Of a stretch of DNA of 30,347 bases, positions 17,902 to 27,218 are shown piece after piece. Every line of letters begins with the position of its first letter. The first letter of the stretch is position 1. Under the pieces are notes generated by a model that worked only from the letters and a program-made list of their open reading frames with translations, made no database searches and was not told the DNA's origin. Source of the DNA: Armatimonadia bacterium (GTDB lineage: Bacteria; Armatimonadota; Zipacnadia; Zipacnadales; UBA11051); the NCBI GenBank assembly GCA_039683575.1, contig JBDKRC010000069.1, forward strand, positions 1 to 30,347. The letters are read 5' to 3'. Both the position numbers and the translations under genes were made by a program.

Positions 17902-19071
17902 TCAGTTCACAAACATCTCGAAGTCTTCCATGTTCACCGGCACCGGCGCCCCGAGCCTGATCGACTCGATGGCCCGCAGGCACAGGTACGTCGCCCGAGC
18001 ACCGGCCTGCTCATCCACTGGCGACGGCTTGTCGTTCAGAATCGCCTCCACGAACCCGTCCAGAAGCTGGTAATGCCCCTTGTCGGGGAACAGGTCCGGC
18101 CACTTGGTCTTCCCGCTCTCCGCATGCACCTCCGCCCGCCTCTGCAGCTTGGCGATGTACCCGCTCAAGCCGCCCTCCTGCCCCGCCTCGGGACACCCGT
18201 CGAACTGCAGCGGGAACGTCTTCCTCTCGGTGCCAGCCGCGCCCCAGCTCTCCGTCTCCACAAAGCACAGGTTGCGGAATAGCGCCGCGTGGTCCATGAT
18301 CTCGAACAGCTCTTTGGGGTATTCGAAGGTCCCGACGGGGCTAAACATGATGCACGCTTTGTGGCCCTGGGCGAAGTCGAGGGAAATGATGTGCGACAGC
18401 CGGGCCGAGCCGGTGGCATAGACCCGCACTGGCAGGTCGTCCAGCAGCCAGCACGCCAGGTCGAGCCAGTGGCAGGTCTCGCCGATGATCTGCCCGCCAC
18501 CGGTCTTCCAGTCCAGGTGTACCGGCCGGTAGGTGCTGCTCTCGTCGTTGATGCGGATCATCAGCATCGAGGACTTCTCTTCAGGCAGCTTCGGACGCGT
18601 CTGGTCTTCTACGAACTGCCCCGCCGACACCTCAGGCCTCGCGCGGTGATTGTGGTACTGCTGCCGCATGTGTTGCATCGAGGGGCTGAAGCGCCGGTTA
18701 TAGTCCACGCACAGCTTGGTCCCTGCCCGCTTGACGGCCTTCTTGACCTCATAGGACTCCGCCTGCGTCATCGCCATGGGCTTCTCGCACAGCACGTGCT
18801 TCTTGCCCCTGAGCGCTCCCATAATCATCTCGAAATGCACGTCATGCGGCACGGCCAGGATTACGAGGTCTATTTCGGGATCGGAGAAAACCTTCTCCGC
18901 GTCGGCCTCAGCCTTCAGCGCTCCGAAATCACGCACTGCGGCCATGCGCTTCTCTTCCGAGCCATCGCAAGCCGTTACCAGCTCCACATGGGGGTTGCGA
19001 ACGCAGTTCGGGAAGTGCTCCGACCTCGCGAAAGCCCCCGATCCGATCACGCCAACACGCACTCTGTCCAT
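17902..19071 (-). CDS. Gfo/Idh/MocA family oxidoreductase
   Basis: VGVIGSG, HVLCEKPMA, YNRRFSP, GGGQIIGETCHWLD. Start taken at MDRVRV. Confidence 0.9.
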   Translation of the reverse strand: MDRVRVGVIGSGAFARSEHFPNCVRNPHVELVTACDGSEEKRMAAVRDFGALKAEADAEKVFSDPEIDLVILAVPHDVHFEMIMGALRGKKHVLCEKPMAMTQAESYEVKKAVKRAGTKLCVDYNRRFSPSMQHMRQQYHNHRARPEVSAGQFVEDQTRPKLPEEKSSMLMIRINDESSTYRPVHLDWKTGGGQIIGETCHWLDLACWLLDDLPVRVYATGSARLSHIISLDFAQGHKACIMFSPVGTFEYPKELFEIMDHAALFRNLCFVETESWGAAGTERKTFPLQFDGCPEAGQEGGLSGYIAKLQRRAEVHAESGKTKWPDLFPDKGHYQLLDGFVEAILNDKPSPVDEQAGARATYLCLRAIESIRLGAPVPVNMEDFEMFVN

Positions 19072-19123
19072 GAAAAACCTATCTCCCTGCATCACTTAGC
19101 TGCTACAGAACGACGCGAGATCG

Positions 19124-20002
19124 CTACTCCCCCCGCGTCTCGACAATCTTGTATCTCTTCCCCGTCCACCGAACATCCACTTCACCAGCCCACTCGCTCG
19201 CCGGCGGGCCGATGGCAATCGTGGCCCGTGTCCAATCCCCGCTGTGCCGCACCACCTTCGAGACCCAACCGCGGTCGCCCCCCGCCAATGCCGCGCGTCT
19301 GGCACCGCTTTCCGAAGGCCGCCGAACACTCTGCGCTGCGGGCTTCGACGCCGGTTTGGCAGCCGCGGGCTCATCAGTGGAGAGCACTTCCATCCGCTCG
19401 ACCACATACTGATTCTTGCCCGCATCCCACTGCAGCACCACAGAGTTGGTAAACTCGCTATTGGGCGGCCCCACCCAGACCTTCACTCGCTGCCGGTCTG
19501 GCGAGACGTACCTCAGCTTCCCTACCCACTTCGGCTTATCGGCCAGGGCCACCGCCAGCGCCTTGTTCGGATCAGGGGCTGCCGCCGTGGCAGGTTGTGC
19601 CGGTTGCGGCGCGGGCTTCTCCTGCACCACAGCCTTCGGTGGCGCAACAGTGCCTGCCGGCGCGTTCGCGGCCTGCTCCTCCTGCCGCAGCTCCTGCAGC
19701 TCCGGCGCCACCTTCTGCTGCCAGTAGCACCGGCCTGCGTAGATGATAGCCACGGTGGATAGAACAATCGCCAGGCATCCGCACCCCAGTACCGCCCAGA
19801 TCCAAGACATCCGCTTCCTCGGCGGCAGAGGCGGGCCCGGCGACACCGTCGGCGGCATTGGGGCCATGGGAGGCGGCCCTATCGGAGGCTCGCCCAGCGG
19901 GACGTTCGGCGGCACCGCCGGTGGAGCGGCGGGAGGCGGCTGATCACCGCCCTGAACCTGCCACAATAGCCCTCCTCCTGCGACGCCGCACATCATCAGC
20001 AT
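19124..20002 (-). CDS. Pro-rich single-pass membrane protein with a duplicated C-terminal domain
   Basis: Poly-Pro N-region, RKR followed by TM helix WIWAVLGCGCLAIVLSTVAIIYAG, and two GPP.SE-containing repeats. Confidence 0.7.
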   Translation of the reverse strand: MLMMCGVAGGGLLWQVQGGDQPPPAAPPAVPPNVPLGEPPIGPPPMAPMPPTVSPGPPLPPRKRMSWIWAVLGCGCLAIVLSTVAIIYAGRCYWQQKVAPELQELRQEEQAANAPAGTVAPPKAVVQEKPAPQPAQPATAAAPDPNKALAVALADKPKWVGKLRYVSPDRQRVKVWVGPPNSEFTNSVVLQWDAGKNQYVVERMEVLSTDEPAAAKPASKPAAQSVRRPSESGARRAALAGGDRGWVSKVVRHSGDWTRATIAIGPPASEWAGEVDVRWTGKRYKIVETRGE

Positions 20003-20129
20003 CTGCCTCTACCTCCCTTGCCAGTGACACAATATTCGCAGTGAGAATGCCCCTCACCTGCCATGGTCGCCCCGGAGGAATCTCCCGCGCCCATGATGAA
20101 CCACTGATCCACCTATAGCGAGGCCCAAC

Positions 20130-21260
20130 ATGGACATCTTCACCATCCGCTCTGCTACCGAAATCGTCTTCGGCTCCGGCAGCCGTCACAAGCTCGGTAC
20201 CCAGGCCGCTTCCCTCGGTTCCAGCGCGCTACTCGTCACCGGCCGCAGCGCCGCCACGCGTGGCAACCTCGTCCCGGAGACGCGGGATAGCCTGCAAGCT
20301 GCTGGTGTTCACATGGAGCTGTTTGCCGAGGTGGAGCCCGAACCCACCTTGGCCACGGTCGAGCGCGGCCGCGAGGCCTTCCGCGCTGCCGGATGCGATC
20401 TCGTCATCGCCCTCGGCGGCGGCAGCGCCATGGACGTCGGAAAGGCCATCGGTGCCCTGGCCAACCTGACCGAGCCAATCACCCACTACTTCTCCGGCGC
20501 CGAGATCCTCGGCCCCGGCGCCCCCATCATCGCCCTGCCTACTACCTCCGGAACCGGCGCCGAAGTCACGCCTAACTCGGTCCTGACCGACCCGAACACC
20601 CTTCACAAGGCCAGCATCCGAGGCCGCACCCTCATGCCGTCCGTTGCCATTGTTGACCCGGAGCTGACCATCCCCCTCCCACCAAAGCAGACCGCGTTCT
20701 CCGGTCTCGACGCCCTCACCCAGGCCATAGAATCGTACGTCTCCACCGGCGCCAACCCCTTCAGCGACCCGCTCGCGGAAGAAAGCGTCCGCCGCCTCGC
20801 CCCGAGCCTCCGCCACGCGGTGGCCAACGGCTCTAACCTGCCCGCCCGCGAAGACCTCGCCCTCGGCAGCCTCTTCGCCGGCCTCGCGCTCGCCAGCGCC
20901 CGTCTCGGCCTTGTCCACGGCCTCGCCCACCCGCTGGGCGCCCTGTACCACATACCCCACGGCCGGGTCTGCGGCTGGCTGCACCCCGCCGTCATGCGCT
21001 TCAACCTCGAAGTGGCCCGCGACCGTTACGCGCACCTGGCCGAGTTGATAGGCCTGCCGCCAAGCGCCGAAGCGCTCATCGAATGGGTAGAGACCCTCGC
21101 CTGCGATCTCGGCGCGTGCGGCTCATGGCAGGAGGTGGGGCTGAAAGAGGAGGACTTCGACAAGCTGATCCCGGTCGCGGTCTCAGCGGGCTCAAGCAAG
21201 TTCAACCCGCGTCCCGTCACTGCCGAAGCCGTCGGGGAGCTTCTGCGGCAACTACTATAG
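20130..21260 (+). CDS. Iron-containing alcohol dehydrogenase
   Basis: ALGGGSAMDVGKA, PTTSGTGAEVT, AIVDPELT, DALTQAIESY, GLVHGLAHPLG...HG. Confidence 0.93.
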   Translation: MDIFTIRSATEIVFGSGSRHKLGTQAASLGSSALLVTGRSAATRGNLVPETRDSLQAAGVHMELFAEVEPEPTLATVERGREAFRAAGCDLVIALGGGSAMDVGKAIGALANLTEPITHYFSGAEILGPGAPIIALPTTSGTGAEVTPNSVLTDPNTLHKASIRGRTLMPSVAIVDPELTIPLPPKQTAFSGLDALTQAIESYVSTGANPFSDPLAEESVRRLAPSLRHAVANGSNLPAREDLALGSLFAGLALASARLGLVHGLAHPLGALYHIPHGRVCGWLHPAVMRFNLEVARDRYAHLAELIGLPPSAEALIEWVETLACDLGACGSWQEVGLKEEDFDKLIPVAVSAGSSKFNPRPVTAEAVGELLRQLL

Positions 21261-21275
21261 AACCGGAGCATAGCA

Positions 21276-21617
21276 ATGGAACTGATTAACGAAGGTGATC
21301 TGGAGTTCCGCCACGGCGACCATGGCCCCAAGTACCTCTTCCGTAGCCCGCATTTCGAGTGGGGTATCATCGTCTTCAAGCCGGGGCAAGCGTTGGGGAA
21401 GCACTGCCACAACGAGGTCGAGGAGCACTTCTACTTCCTCGAGGGGCGGGGGAAGATGGTAGTCGAGGGCCAGACCTACGACGCCACCCCCGGCGCGGCC
21501 TTCCGTCTCGACCCGCCGGAATGTCACAACATCATCAACGACGGCGACACCGACCTGCGCCTGATCTTCATCAAGTGCCCCTACGTCCCCACGGACAAGG
21601 TGGACCTGCCGGACTAG
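21276..21617 (+). CDS. Cupin domain protein
   Basis: PGQALGKHCHNEVEEHFYFLEG and P.ECHNIIN cupin motifs; GGAG RBS. Confidence 0.9.
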   Translation: MELINEGDLEFRHGDHGPKYLFRSPHFEWGIIVFKPGQALGKHCHNEVEEHFYFLEGRGKMVVEGQTYDATPGAAFRLDPPECHNIINDGDTDLRLIFIKCPYVPTDKVDLPD

Positions 21618-21631
21618 CACCATCGGCACAG

Positions 21632-21656
21632 GTAGGAGCGCTCCCCCGAGCGCGAC
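21632..21656 (+). repeat. GTAG-type REP-like element
   Basis: GTAGGA-GCGCTC-cccc-GAGCGC-GAC between convergent genes. Confidence 0.6.
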
Positions 21657-21695
21657 CCGCAAGCCAACTACTGGTGTGCTGTCGGGCGCATTCCT

Positions 21696-22775
21696 CTACG
21701 GTCTCTCCGCCACCACCACTCTCGTCCCCGTCGCCGACGCCTCATACGCCGCCTCAATCACCCGCAGCACCTGCCACGCATCCACCTCGGTCGCCGGTAG
21801 CTCCCCTTCGCCCCGCACCGCCGCCAGGAACTCCGCCAGAAAGCCCCCGGCATACCCCGCCCGCCTCTCGCCGTTTGGAGCGCGGGCATCCCTGCCCGCC
21901 TCTGCCTCAACCACAATGTCCCGCGACACCCCAAAGGGGGAGTACCGAGGGTTGATCGTCCGCAGCCGATAGCCCGCTGGCGTCCCCTTCGGATACCACG
22001 TCAGCGCACCCTCGCTGCCCTCAAACTGAAAGTGGAAGTCGCTGTTGTCATATCCCCCCATCACCCGCAGCCCATATCCCGCGCGCACGGTCCCGATAGC
22101 CCCATTCCCGAACTTCAGGACCACCGAAGCCGTATCCTCCACATCCACCGCTTCCTCCGTCTGTGTCGCCACCATCGCCGTGACCTCAGTGACCTCGCAC
22201 GCAAATATCATCCGCAGCAAATCAATCCAGTGGCACCCCAGCCACGTCAGGATGCCCCCGGCGCTGTACTCCTTGTGAAACAGCCAGCTATCCGCCCCCC
22301 GACACGTTACCTGCGAGGTAATCCACTGGCAGTTGAAAGCCCACAGCTTCCCTACCGCCCCATCCTGCAACGTCCACGCGATCTCCCGCGCCATCGGCAT
22401 TGTCCGGTTGGCATAGCATGGGCAGAAGTGCGCCCCGGTCTCCCGCGCCGCCTGCACTATCGCCCCAAGCTCCGGCGCCGTCTGCGCCCCCGGCTTATCC
22501 CCAGACACCCACTGCCCCGCCCGGATCGCCTCCAGATTCCTCGGCCCGGCCTCGTTGTCTCTGACAAAGATACAGACCGCCGGCACATCCCCCGCCCCCA
22601 CAATCTCCTCCGCCGACCCCGCCAACTCCGCTTTCGCCGAGTTCTCCACTGCCTTGCGCGCCGAGGCCTCATCATCATCCCAGATCAGCAGCCGCTCAAT
22701 CTCCGGAGCCCCCTCCAGAGCCTGCAGATGCCCACCAGCATGCGGATGATTAACGCCAATGATGCCGATCTTCAT
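21696..22775 (-). CDS. Gfo/Idh/MocA family oxidoreductase
   Basis: MKIGIIG..HPHA, DKPG (EKP variant), GGILTWLGCHWIDL, VEDTASV. Confidence 0.88.
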   Translation of the reverse strand: MKIGIIGVNHPHAGGHLQALEGAPEIERLLIWDDDEASARKAVENSAKAELAGSAEEIVGAGDVPAVCIFVRDNEAGPRNLEAIRAGQWVSGDKPGAQTAPELGAIVQAARETGAHFCPCYANRTMPMAREIAWTLQDGAVGKLWAFNCQWITSQVTCRGADSWLFHKEYSAGGILTWLGCHWIDLLRMIFACEVTEVTAMVATQTEEAVDVEDTASVVLKFGNGAIGTVRAGYGLRVMGGYDNSDFHFQFEGSEGALTWYPKGTPAGYRLRTINPRYSPFGVSRDIVVEAEAGRDARAPNGERRAGYAGGFLAEFLAAVRGEGELPATEVDAWQVLRVIEAAYEASATGTRVVVAERP

Positions 22776-22807
22776 GGCAGCAGCTCCTGACGCTCTGAGC
22801 TTCTAGA

Positions 22808-22907
22808 CGCGTGGCAGGCACACTCCGTGTGCCGGAACATCTGACAAACCGCCCTACCTCGGTCCGGCACACGGAGTGTGCCTACCACGCGCACAAAATG
22901 TGCCTAC
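22808..22907. repeat. Inverted GTAG-type REP dimer plus a third GTAG hairpin
   Basis: 29-bp inverted arms at 22808-22836 and 22863-22891 (one mismatch; GTGG[C/T]AGGCACACTCCGTGTGCCGGA). GTAGGCACATTTTGTGC on the minus strand at 22891-22907. Confidence 0.8.
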
Positions 22908-23384
22908 CGAGCCGTATCCTCGCCCGCGGCCGCCACTGCCCCCCCAATCCCGTTGCTGGTGCCCGAGCAGTATTCGTTCCGGGCAGACCCACCCCACGTA
23001 AGCCGGGGCCGTCCAGGCAGGAGGGGGTGTCAGTTCTGTGACGCTCCGGAAGTGGTCAATGCGGACGACGTCCCAGGCGTGAATGACCATGCCCTCGCCC
23101 ATTACCATCCCCACATGCCCCCAGTTCCGCCGTTCACCCCTCAGCTCGCCACAGCAGTCGTAGAACACGAAGGCCCCCACGGGGGGCTCGCCGCCGGCCT
23201 CGCCGGCCTGGTACAGCACCGCCGACCCATGGGCAGTGTCGCCGCCGAAGATCTCTATGCCGTTCGGCCGCTCGTAGGCATCCTCCACAAAGGCCAGACA
23301 CCGGGTCGTGTACTCGGCGGAGCCGAGGTACGAACGTGACCACGCAACCGCCCGCGCCACGATCTCATCCAGTCGCTCTGACAT
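22854..23384 (-). CDS. NlpC/P60 (CHAP-like) family cysteine peptidase/amidase without signal peptide
   Basis: A.AW.RSYLG...CLAFVEDAY, PPVGAFVFY, WGHVG...GMVIHAW (Cys-His-His arrangement). Confidence 0.75.
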   Translation of the reverse strand: MSERLDEIVARAVAWSRSYLGSAEYTTRCLAFVEDAYERPNGIEIFGGDTAHGSAVLYQAGEAGGEPPVGAFVFYDCCGELRGERRNWGHVGMVMGEGMVIHAWDVVRIDHFRSVTELTPPPAWTAPAYVGWVCPERILLGHQQRDWGGSGGRGRGYGSVGTFCARGRHTPCAGPR

Positions 23385-23493
23385 ACACACACCTTATTGC
23401 AGTCCCTATGCGCCACTCGCCGCTGGCCCCAGCTCCCCGCGCCTCCCGGGTCTCTCGAAATCGCTCTGCGCCTGACGATCACCCGCCTGGCCG

Positions 23494-23572
23494 TGTCATT
23501 CTGAGAAGCGAAGCGACGAAGAATCCCCAGCCCTCGCGCCTCCGGAGATTCTTCGCTTCGCTCAGAATGACA
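23494..23572. repeat. TGTC/CGTC-type REP-like palindrome
   Basis: TGTCATTCTGAG...CGAAGAATC...GATTCTTCG...CTCAGAATGACA nested inverted repeats. Confidence 0.85.
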
Positions 23573-23598
23573 ACCTTACCGGCAGTGGCACGTCCGAC

Positions 23599-23627
23599 TG
23601 TTTTCTGTTTTCCGTTTTCCGTTTTCG
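23599..23627. repeat. Heptamer tandem repeat (GTTTTCN, about 4 copies)
   Basis: tgttttctgttttccgttttccgttttcg. Confidence 0.7.
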
Positions 23628-23635
23628 GCTTTGCT

Positions 23636-24799
23636 TCACAACCACGGGCAAGGCGGAATCGCCACCGGCAACCCCGTCTCAATACTCTCCTCGCCCGCTG
23701 CCGCCACTGCTGTACAGTCCCGCGCCGCCTGCACGTCCGCCAGCGGCTGGTCGTCGCCCAGCAGACAATCCAGGAAGTGCTCCATGATCAGCCTGTCGCC
23801 GCCCCCGTGCCCGCCGCCTGCCGACTGCGGGTGCCACTCATCCACATGGTCGGTATTGCGGTACGTGCACCGGATCAGGAAGTTGCACTCATTGTTGTAG
23901 AATCCATACATCTTCCCCTGCGTGCCAAACAGCGTGAACTCGCGGGTGTACTCCGGCGTGAAGTGGCACTCCGCATACTGCCCCCGCGTGCCGTTGGCAT
24001 ACTCAATCTGCAGCATCGAGTTATCCGCCACATCACAATCGCTCGAGAATACACATCGGTCGTCGGTCTCGACCGTCTGCCCGTAATCCATCACAAAGCG
24101 CTCGTGGTTGATGAAGTACTCGCAGCGCTTTTCGCAGCTCCGGCAGCGCTTGTCGTTGGCTTCCGTGCCGCCGTAGAAGTCCAGTCCGCCGCTGCCATAG
24201 ACTTTCACGGGGTTGCCGCCCATGAACCAGTTGAGCAGGTCAATGGTGTGTGTGCCCTTCTGCAAGAGCAGGCTGCGCACGTATTCCTTGCGCCGCATGT
24301 TGTTATGGTAGAAGTACTGGCCGCCCACCGACACATTGTCCAGCGCCTGTCCCATGATGACCCGTCCGATCCGCCCCTCGTCCAAAAGCTCGCGCATCCG
24401 CGTGAACAGCGAGCAGTGCCGCAGTTCCAGGCCGATCATGAACAGCTTGCCGGACTGCTTCCACGCCCGGATGATCTCATCACAATCATCCACGGACTGC
24501 GCCATGGGCTTTTCCAAGAGGCAGGCCTTCCCGGCCTCAAACACCGCCACCGCATTCTCACGGTGCGACTTGTCGTTCGAAGCCACTACGACGGCGTCGA
24601 TATCAGGCCGCTTCAGCATCTCCCGATAGTCCAGGTAGTAGCCTATCCGGTCGCCGTACTGGTGCTTGAGCAGTTCCAGCGGCTTCTCAATGGGATCGGC
24701 GACCGCAACCAGTTCCGCACGGGGATGGTGGTCGAAAGCGGTAGCGAAGTAGCGGCCCCGTCCCCCGAGCCCGATGACGGCAATGCGTGCTTGTTTCAT
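23636..24799 (-). CDS. Gfo/Idh/MocA family oxidoreductase with Cys-rich insert
   Basis: [40 protein letters not shown]...CVF, GGHGGGD. GGAG RBS supports start 24799. Confidence 0.92.
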   Translation of the reverse strand: MKQARIAVIGLGGRGRYFATAFDHHPRAELVAVADPIEKPLELLKHQYGDRIGYYLDYREMLKRPDIDAVVVASNDKSHRENAVAVFEAGKACLLEKPMAQSVDDCDEIIRAWKQSGKLFMIGLELRHCSLFTRMRELLDEGRIGRVIMGQALDNVSVGGQYFYHNNMRRKEYVRSLLLQKGTHTIDLLNWFMGGNPVKVYGSGGLDFYGGTEANDKRCRSCEKRCEYFINHERFVMDYGQTVETDDRCVFSSDCDVADNSMLQIEYANGTRGQYAECHFTPEYTREFTLFGTQGKMYGFYNNECNFLIRCTYRNTDHVDEWHPQSAGGGHGGGDRLIMEHFLDCLLGDDQPLADVQAARDCTAVAAAGEESIETGLPVAIPPCPWL

Positions 24800-24912
24800 G
24801 ACGAAAACTCCAATAGTGGGTATGACAAGAGCTGTCAGCCCCACCTTAAGTGCAGTCAACGCACAGAGTCAAGCCCCACGGGTTGGCTTCGCGAGACTAC
24901 ACAATGCAATGC

Positions 24913-24938
24913 AGGAATCGCATGCGCGCATATCGAAT
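24913..24938 (+). promoter_or_regulatory. Sigma-H-like promoter (AGGA-N18-GAAT) of the pilin-like gene triplet
   Basis: gcAGGAatcgcatgcgcgcatatcGAAT ends 33 bp before ATG 24972; the motif recurs before seven other genes. Confidence 0.55.
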
Positions 24939-24971
24939 CTAGCGCATAACCCACTGAATCTGGAGGTTGTC

Positions 24972-25604
24972 ATGCGCAAAGGCTTCACACTGATAGAGCT
25001 TCTTGTTGTGATCGCGATCATTGCCATCCTCGCCGCGATTCTGTTCCCCGTCTTTGCCAAGGCCCGCGAGAAGGCCCGCCAGTCGAGTTGTCTCTCCAAC
25101 GTCAAGCAGATCACTCTCGGCATGCTCCAGTACGCCCAGGACTACGACGAGCGCCTGATCCTGGCCGCGATGTACTGGGGCGCGCCCCCTAACGACTACT
25201 GGACCTGGATGTACGAGATGCAGCCCTATGTCAAGAATGCCCAGATCTTCAGTTGCCCCTCCTCGGTTGCCACTGGCTGGAACGGCAGCATGAATACCAC
25301 CCAGAACACCGGCTACGGTCTCTTCAGGCTCCTCAGCGGCGCCGCGCTCGGCACGATCCGCGAGCCTGCCTCGGTAGTACTGCTGGCCGATGCCGGCAAG
25401 CTCTCCAACGGGAATCCATATTACCTCTGCGACTGGAACGTGGACCAGTCGGACAACGGCGTGCCGCCCAACCCGCTGCATAATGACGGCGCCAACTTCG
25501 GCTTCTGCGATGGGCACGCCAAGTGGCTGCAAAAGATGAGCTATTGCACCTGGGATGCCACTGCCGGCGCCACTTCCCCCAACCCCGCGATGTGGACGCC
25601 ATAG
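24972..25604 (+). CDS. DUF1559 / H-X9-DG prepilin-like protein (paralogue B)
   Basis: [17 protein letters not shown]...; [18 protein letters not shown]. Confidence 0.93.
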   Translation: MRKGFTLIELLVVIAIIAILAAILFPVFAKAREKARQSSCLSNVKQITLGMLQYAQDYDERLILAAMYWGAPPNDYWTWMYEMQPYVKNAQIFSCPSSVATGWNGSMNTTQNTGYGLFRLLSGAALGTIREPASVVLLADAGKLSNGNPYYLCDWNVDQSDNGVPPNPLHNDGANFGFCDGHAKWLQKMSYCTWDATAGATSPNPAMWTP

Positions 25605-25620
25605 CCTCTGCGCCCCGACA

Positions 25621-25650
25621 AAAAGCCCGCACACAGCTTGTGCGGGCTTT
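25621..25650 (+). terminator. Intrinsic terminator
   Basis: AAAGCCCGCACA-cagct-TGTGCGGGCTTT followed by gatttt. Confidence 0.8.
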
Positions 25651-25659
25651 GATTTTCCC

Positions 25660-25696
25660 TTGAACATTTCAGTACGCTTGTGGCACAATGCATTGT
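25660..25696 (+). promoter_or_regulatory. Sigma70-like promoter with overlapping palindrome, upstream of paralogue C
   Basis: TTGAAC-N18-CACAAT with an extended TG; perfect palindrome ACAATGCATTGT at 25685-25696. Confidence 0.4.
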
Positions 25697-25720
25697 TACC
25701 CAAATCAGAGGAGGTCTAGC

Positions 25721-26356
25721 ATGCGCAGAGGTTTCACGCTCATTGAACTGCTGGTGGTCATCGCCATCATCGCCATCCTCGCCGCAATTCTCTTCCCCGT
25801 CTTTGCCAAGGCCCGTGAGAAAGCCCGCCAGTCGTCCTGTCTCTCCAATGTCAAGCAGATCAGCATCGGCATACTCTCGTACGCCCAGGACTATGACGAG
25901 GTCCTGCCGCGCGTCAACATCAACCCCGCCCCCAACGTCTACTATGGCTGGGTTTGGATGCTGCAGCCCTATGTGAAGAACGTTCAGCTCTTCACCTGTC
26001 CCTCCAAAAACACCGCCGTCTGGACCGGCACGGACCCGGCAGTCTACAGCGGCTTCGGCTACGGCTACTTCGGCCCCAATGACCCCAATCCCAAAGTGGC
26101 CGGCAAGTCACTGGGTAGCATCAACGCCCCAGCCACCTGCGCCATGATCGCGGACTCGTCCGCTGACAACTACTACGTCATTGACGGCACCGTCATCAAC
26201 AACCCCGATAACGGGCGCCCGCCGGAGCCCCGCCACAACGATGGCGCCAATTTTGGTTACTGCGATGGCCATGCCAAGTGGCTCAACAAGATGAGCTACT
26301 GCAACTGGGATCCGGCCTCGACCGCAACCCCCGACCCCACGCTCTGGACACCGTAG
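25721..26356 (+). CDS. DUF1559 / H-X9-DG prepilin-like protein (paralogue C)
   Basis: [18 protein letters not shown]...; [18 protein letters not shown]. Confidence 0.93.
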   Translation: MRRGFTLIELLVVIAIIAILAAILFPVFAKAREKARQSSCLSNVKQISIGILSYAQDYDEVLPRVNINPAPNVYYGWVWMLQPYVKNVQLFTCPSKNTAVWTGTDPAVYSGFGYGYFGPNDPNPKVAGKSLGSINAPATCAMIADSSADNYYVIDGTVINNPDNGRPPEPRHNDGANFGYCDGHAKWLNKMSYCNWDPASTATPDPTLWTP

Positions 26357-26377
26357 CAGACAACCCCAACGGAACTC

Positions 26378-26411
26378 AGGGCCTGCGTGCCTGTTAAGGT
26401 ATGCAGGCCCT
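26378..26411 (+). terminator. Hairpin downstream of paralogue C
   Basis: AGGGCCTGCGTGCCT-gtta-AGGTATGCAGGCCCT (with G-U pairs). Confidence 0.6.
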
Positions 26412-26520
26412 TCTCCGGCCGCAATCCTTGCCCCCATCGCATGGTGGCGGACCAAGGTACCGCCACGGCGGTGTATACCGCCGGGCAGTCGTTCAATCTT
26501 GTGAGAGGTTACCCCAACAC

Positions 26521-27141
26521 ATGCGCAGAGGTTTTACGCTCATCGAATTGCTGGTAGTCATCGCCATCCTGGCGGCGATACTCTTCCCTGTCTTCGCCAA
26601 GGCTCGCGAAAAGGCCCGCCAGTCGTCCTGTCTCTCGAACGTAAAGCAGCTTGGGCTTGGCATACTGTCATACGCACAGGACTATGACGAGATGTTCCCC
26701 CGCACGGCCATTGCGGTCGGCGCTGGCAACTATGGCTGGGAGACCCTGATTCACCCCTATATAAAGAACGATCAGCTCTTCACCTGCCCCTCAAAATCAG
26801 CCGTCACCTGGAACAGCGCAAACCCGCTCAACTTCTCAACCTGCGGCTATGGCTATATGGGCCCGAACCCCGTCGCCAACAGCCTGAGCGCCCGCGCCAT
26901 GGGTACGGTCAACTCCCCCTCGACCTGCGCCATGCTCGCCGACTCTCCCGCTGACAACTACTACGTCATTGACGGTACGATGGACCGCACCACGGACAAT
27001 GGCGGCTCCCCCGAACCGCGCCACAACGACGGCGCCAACTTCTGCTACGTAGACGGCCACTCCAAGTGGCTCAACAAGACCGCCTACAGCAGTTGGAGCG
27101 GCATGACAGCCCCGCCCGACGCCGCTCTCTGGACACCCTAG
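26521..27141 (+). CDS. DUF1559 / H-X9-DG prepilin-like protein (paralogue D, N-terminal helix 3 aa shorter)
   Basis: [47 protein letters not shown] upstream. Confidence 0.92.
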   Translation: MRRGFTLIELLVVIAILAAILFPVFAKAREKARQSSCLSNVKQLGLGILSYAQDYDEMFPRTAIAVGAGNYGWETLIHPYIKNDQLFTCPSKSAVTWNSANPLNFSTCGYGYMGPNPVANSLSARAMGTVNSPSTCAMLADSPADNYYVIDGTMDRTTDNGGSPEPRHNDGANFCYVDGHSKWLNKTAYSSWSGMTAPPDAALWTP

Positions 27142-27218
27142 CGTCGGCCTGAATGCCACCAGTGGCGCTGGCGGATCGCCCGCGCGGGCAACCAGGCCCC
27201 ACAAACCGACGGAACCCC

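Noticed and set aside
26468-26488. Near-palindrome CGGCGGTGTATACCGCCG upstream of paralogue D as an operator
   Set aside because: Single GC-rich occurrence with no second copy in the window, so it cannot be supported.
24972-27141. Diversity-generating retroelement acting on the pilin paralogues
   Set aside because: No reverse transcriptase or TR/VR pair; differences include indels and are not adenine-specific.
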